A stretch of DNA of 64,000 bases from Eutreptiella sp. 'Long Island Sound 2002' (taxonomy: Eukaryota > Protista > Euglenida). A program made the position numbers and the translations under genes. Shown here piece after piece: positions 60,445-64,000 of the stretch. Each line of letters starts with the position of its first letter. Position 1 is the first letter of the stretch. The stretch is from contig OZ038378.1 of assembly GCA_964036045.1 (NCBI GenBank), positions 106,082,001 to 106,146,000 on the forward strand, read 5' to 3'. The notes beneath the pieces are model-generated. The model was not told where the DNA came from. It saw only the letters and a program-made list of their open reading frames with translations, and did not search any database.

Positions 60445-60640
60445 GAGCACGGCACAGCACAGCACGGCACAGCACAACACATCACAGCACATCACAGCAC
60501 ACCACACACAGCACAACATACAGCATAGCACAGCATATTACAGCACAACACAGCACAACACAGCCCCTACGGCCGCCCAAGAGAGCCTCCCTCCCTCCCT
60601 CCCTCCCTCCCTCCCCTCCCTCCCTCCCTCCCTCCCTCTC
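60445..60640 (+). repeat. (CAGCA/CACAA)n and (CCCT)n microsatellites
   Basis: CACAGCACAGCACGGCACAGCACAACAC... at about 60445-60565, and CCTCCCTCCCTCC... at about 60587-60640. Confidence 0.85.
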
Positions 60641-60756
60641 ATTTCCCTGCTTGTGTGGTTGAGGTTAGGGAGGGTATGCCTGTTTTTCTTTTTCAGGTTT
60701 TTGTGAGGTGGCCGTGGTGGTGGGAGTAAACCTGCTCTTCAATTTCGAAGTGTTCA

Positions 60757-61290
60757 TCATGACAATTGATCATATGCCGTTTCTTTATGAGGTGCCGCTG
60801 ACAGCGTGTCACGGCACTGATCGAACGGTGGACCGTAGTTGCCCCCACATTTGCAAATTTCTTTGCCCATTTTTGAACCATGACGATTGATCATATGCCG
60901 TTTCTTTATGGGTTGCCGCTGACAGCGTGTCACGGCACTGCTCGAATGGTGGATCGTAGTTCACCCCACATTTGCAAATTTCTTTGTCCGTTTTTGAAAC
61001 ATGACAATTGATCATATGCCGTTTCTTTATGAGGTGCCGGTGGCAGTGTGTCACGGCACTGATCGAACGGTGGACCGTAGTTGCCCCCACATTTGCAAGT
61101 TTCTTTGTCCGTTTTTGAACCATGACGATTGATCATATGCCGTTTCTTTATGAGGTGCCGCTGACAGCGTGTCACGGCACTCATCAAATGGTGGACCGTA
61201 GTTGCCCCCACATTTGCAAGTTTCTTTGTCCATTTTCGAACCATGACGATTGATCATATGCCGTTTCTTTATGAGTTGCCGGTGACAGCC
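60757..61290 (+). repeat. 121-bp tandem repeat, ~4.4 copies
   Basis: CATGAC(A/G)ATTGATCATATGCCGTTTCTTTATG recurs at about 60758, 60879, 61000, 61121 and 61242. Internal dyad GTGCCG-TGACA-GCG-TGTCA-CGGCAC. Confidence 0.93.
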
Positions 61291-64000
61291 CCCAAATATT
61301 TGACGGAACCACATCCGTGAAATATTTTGGGGGTGTAGACCCCCCAAATATTTGACGGAACCACATCCGTGAAATATTTTGGGGGTGTAGACTCCCCAAA
61401 CATTTGACGGAACCCCATCCGTGAAATATTTTGGGGCTGTAGACCCCCCAAATATTTGACGGAACCCCATCCGTCAAATTTTTCGGGGGTCTACAGCCCC
61501 CAAATATTTGACGGAACCCCATCCGTCAAATATTTTGGGGGTCTACAGCCCCCAAATATTTGACGGAACCCCATCCGTGAAATATTTTGGGGCTGTAGAC
61601 CCCCCAAATATTTGACGGAACCCCATCCGTCAAATATTTTCGGGGTGTAGACCCCCCAAATATGTGACGGAACCCCATCCGTGAAATATTTTGGGGGTGT
61701 ACAGCCCCCAAATATTTGACGGAACCCCATCTGTGAAATATTTTGGGGCGGTAGACTGCCCAAATATTTGACGGAACCCCATCCGTGAAATATTTGGGGG
61801 GTCTACAGCCCCCAAATATTTGACGGAACCCCATCCGTGAAACATTTTGGGGCTGTAGACCCCCCAAATATTTGACGGAACCCCATCCGTGAAATATTTT
61901 GGGGGTCTACAGCCCCCAAATATTTGACGGAACCCCATCGGTCAAATATTTCGGGGGTGTAGACCCCCCAAATATTTGACGGAACCCCATCCGTGAAATA
62001 TTTTGGGGGTCTACACCCCCCAAATATTTGACGGAACCCCATCCGTGAAATATTTTGGGGGCTGTAGACCCCCCAAATATTTGACCGAACCCCATCCGTG
62101 AAATATTTGGGGGCTGTAGACCCCCCAAATATTTGACGGAACCCCATCCGTGACATATTTTGGGGCTGTAGACCCCCCAAATATTTGACGGAACCCCATC
62201 CGTGAAATATTTTGGGGGTCTACAGCCCCCAAATATTTGACGGAACCCCATCCGTCAAATCTTTCGGGGCTGTAGACCCCCCAAATATTTGACGGAACCC
62301 CATCTGTGAAATATTTGGGGGGTCTACAGCCCCCAAATTTTGACGGAACCCCATCCGTCAAATATTTTGGGTGTCTACACCCCCAAAATATTTCACGGAT
62401 GTGGTTCCGTGAAATATTTGGGGGCTGCAGACCCCCCAAATATTTGACGGAACCCCATCCGTCAAATATTTGGGGGGATGTAGACCCCCCAAATATTCGA
62501 CGGAACCCCATCCGTGAAATATTTTGCGGCTGTAGACCCTCCAAATATTTGACAGAACCCCATCCGTGAAATATTTTGGGGGTCTACAGCCCCCAAATAT
62601 TTGACAGAACCCCATCCATCAAATATTTTGGGGGTGTAGACCCCCCAAATATTTGACGGAACCCCATCCGTCAAATATTTTGGGGGTGTAGACCCCCCAA
62701 ATATTTGACGGAACCCCATCCGTGAAATATTTCGGGGGTCTACAGCCCCCAAATGTTTGACGGAACCCCATCCGTCAAATATTTTGGGGGTGTAGACCCC
62801 CCAGATATTTGACGGAAACCCATCCGTGAAATTTTTTGGGGGTCTACAGCCCCCAAATATTTGACGGAACCCCATCCGTCAAATATTTGGGGGGTGTACA
62901 GCCCCCAAATATTTGACGGAACCCCATCCGTCAAATATTCTGGGGCTGTAGACCCCCCAAATATTTGACGGAACCCCATCCGTCAAATATTTTCGGGGTG
63001 TAGACCCCCCAAATATTTGACGGAACCCCATCTGTGAAATATTTTGGGGGTGTACAGCCCCCAAATATTTGACGGAACCCCATCCGTGAAATATTTTGGG
63101 GCGGTAGACTGCCCAAATATTTGACGGAACCCCATCCGTGAAATATTTGGGGGGTCTACAGCCCCCAAATATTTGACGGAACCCCATCGGTCAAATATTT
63201 TGGGGGTGTAGACCCCCCAAATATTTGACGGAACCCCATCCGTGAAATATTTTGGGGGTCTACAGCCCCCAAATATTTGACGGAACCCCATCCGTGAAAT
63301 ATTTTGGGGGTCTACAGCCCCCAACTATTTGACGGAACCCCATCCGTCAAATATTTTGGGGGTGTAGACCCCCCAAATATTTGACGGAACCCCATACGTC
63401 AAATATTTTGGGGGTGTACAGCCCCCAAATATTTGACGTAACCCCATCCGTGAGGTATTTTCGGGGTCTACAGCCCCCAAATATTTGACGGAACCCCAAC
63501 CGTCAAATATTTGGGGGCTGTAGACCCCCCAAATATTTGACGGAACCCCATCCGTGAAATATTTTGGGGCTGTATACCCCCCAAATATTTGACGGAACCC
63601 CATCCGTGAAATATTTTGGGGGTCTACAGTTCCCAAATATTTGACGGAACCCCATCCGTCAAATATTTTGGGGGTGTAGACCCCCCAGATATTTGACGGA
63701 ACCCCATACGTCAAATATTTTGGGGGTGTACCGCCCCCAAATATTTGACGGAACCCCATCCGTGAAAATTTTTCGGGGTCTACAGCCCCCAAATATTTGA
63801 CGGAACCCCATCCTTGAAATATTTGGGGGCTGTAGACCCCCCAAATATTTGACGGAAACCCATCCGTGAAATTTTTTGGGGGTCTACAGCCCCCAAATAT
63901 TTGACGGAACCCCATCCGTCAAATATTTGGGGGCTGTACAGCCCCCAAATATTTGACGGAACCCCATCCGTCAAATATTTTGCGGATGTAGACCCCCCAA
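61285..64000 (+). repeat. Satellite III, ~52-bp homogeneous hairpin monomer, runs off window end
   Basis: CCCCCAAATATTTGACGGA-ACCCCA-TCCGTCAAATATTTGGGGG (19-bp stem) plus a linker TCTACAG or CTGTAGA/TGTAGA. Confidence 0.97.

Noticed and set aside
60445-60640. Telomeric repeat
   Set aside because: The units are irregular 4-5-bp microsatellites, internal, and not a TTAGGG-type array.
61285-64000. CRISPR array or repetitive protein gene (many MGFRQIFGG ORFs)
   Set aside because: The ORFs are translations of the 52-bp satellite in shifting frames, and the spacers are not unique.

Overview
This is repeat-dense eukaryotic DNA, heterochromatin-like. GT-AG introns are present, and I saw no rRNA, tRNA or CRISPR. 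The organism is not determinable, although acceptor-like sites just upstream of three ATGs would fit a trans-splicing protist. About half the window is made of three hairpin-forming tandem satellites: a 52-bp family at 1-275, 2870-8150, 15040-15552 and 16010-16160; a 41-bp family at 37515-51545 and 55878-59975; and a second 52-bp family at 61285-64000. A 121-bp repeat precedes the last. Between the arrays lie mostly decayed, cargo-carrying DNA transposons: (i) a Upf1/DNA2-like SF1 helicase pseudogene; (ii) a putative DDE-type transposase plus a tyrosine-recombinase-like gene, studded with a 20-bp palindrome and bracketed by oppositely oriented satellite arrays; (iii) a co-oriented run of TET/JBP-like dioxygenase, USP-like protease and hAT transposase relics; (iv) a nearly intact 6.8-kb element with 42-bp TIRs encoding a RAG1/Transib-like transposase and a large PhyH-like 2OG-Fe(II) dioxygenase/Zn-finger/coiled-coil protein; (v) a second, intron-containing RAG1-like transposase inserted in the 41-bp satellite. 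All protein assignments come from motifs recognised by eye, not from database searches.
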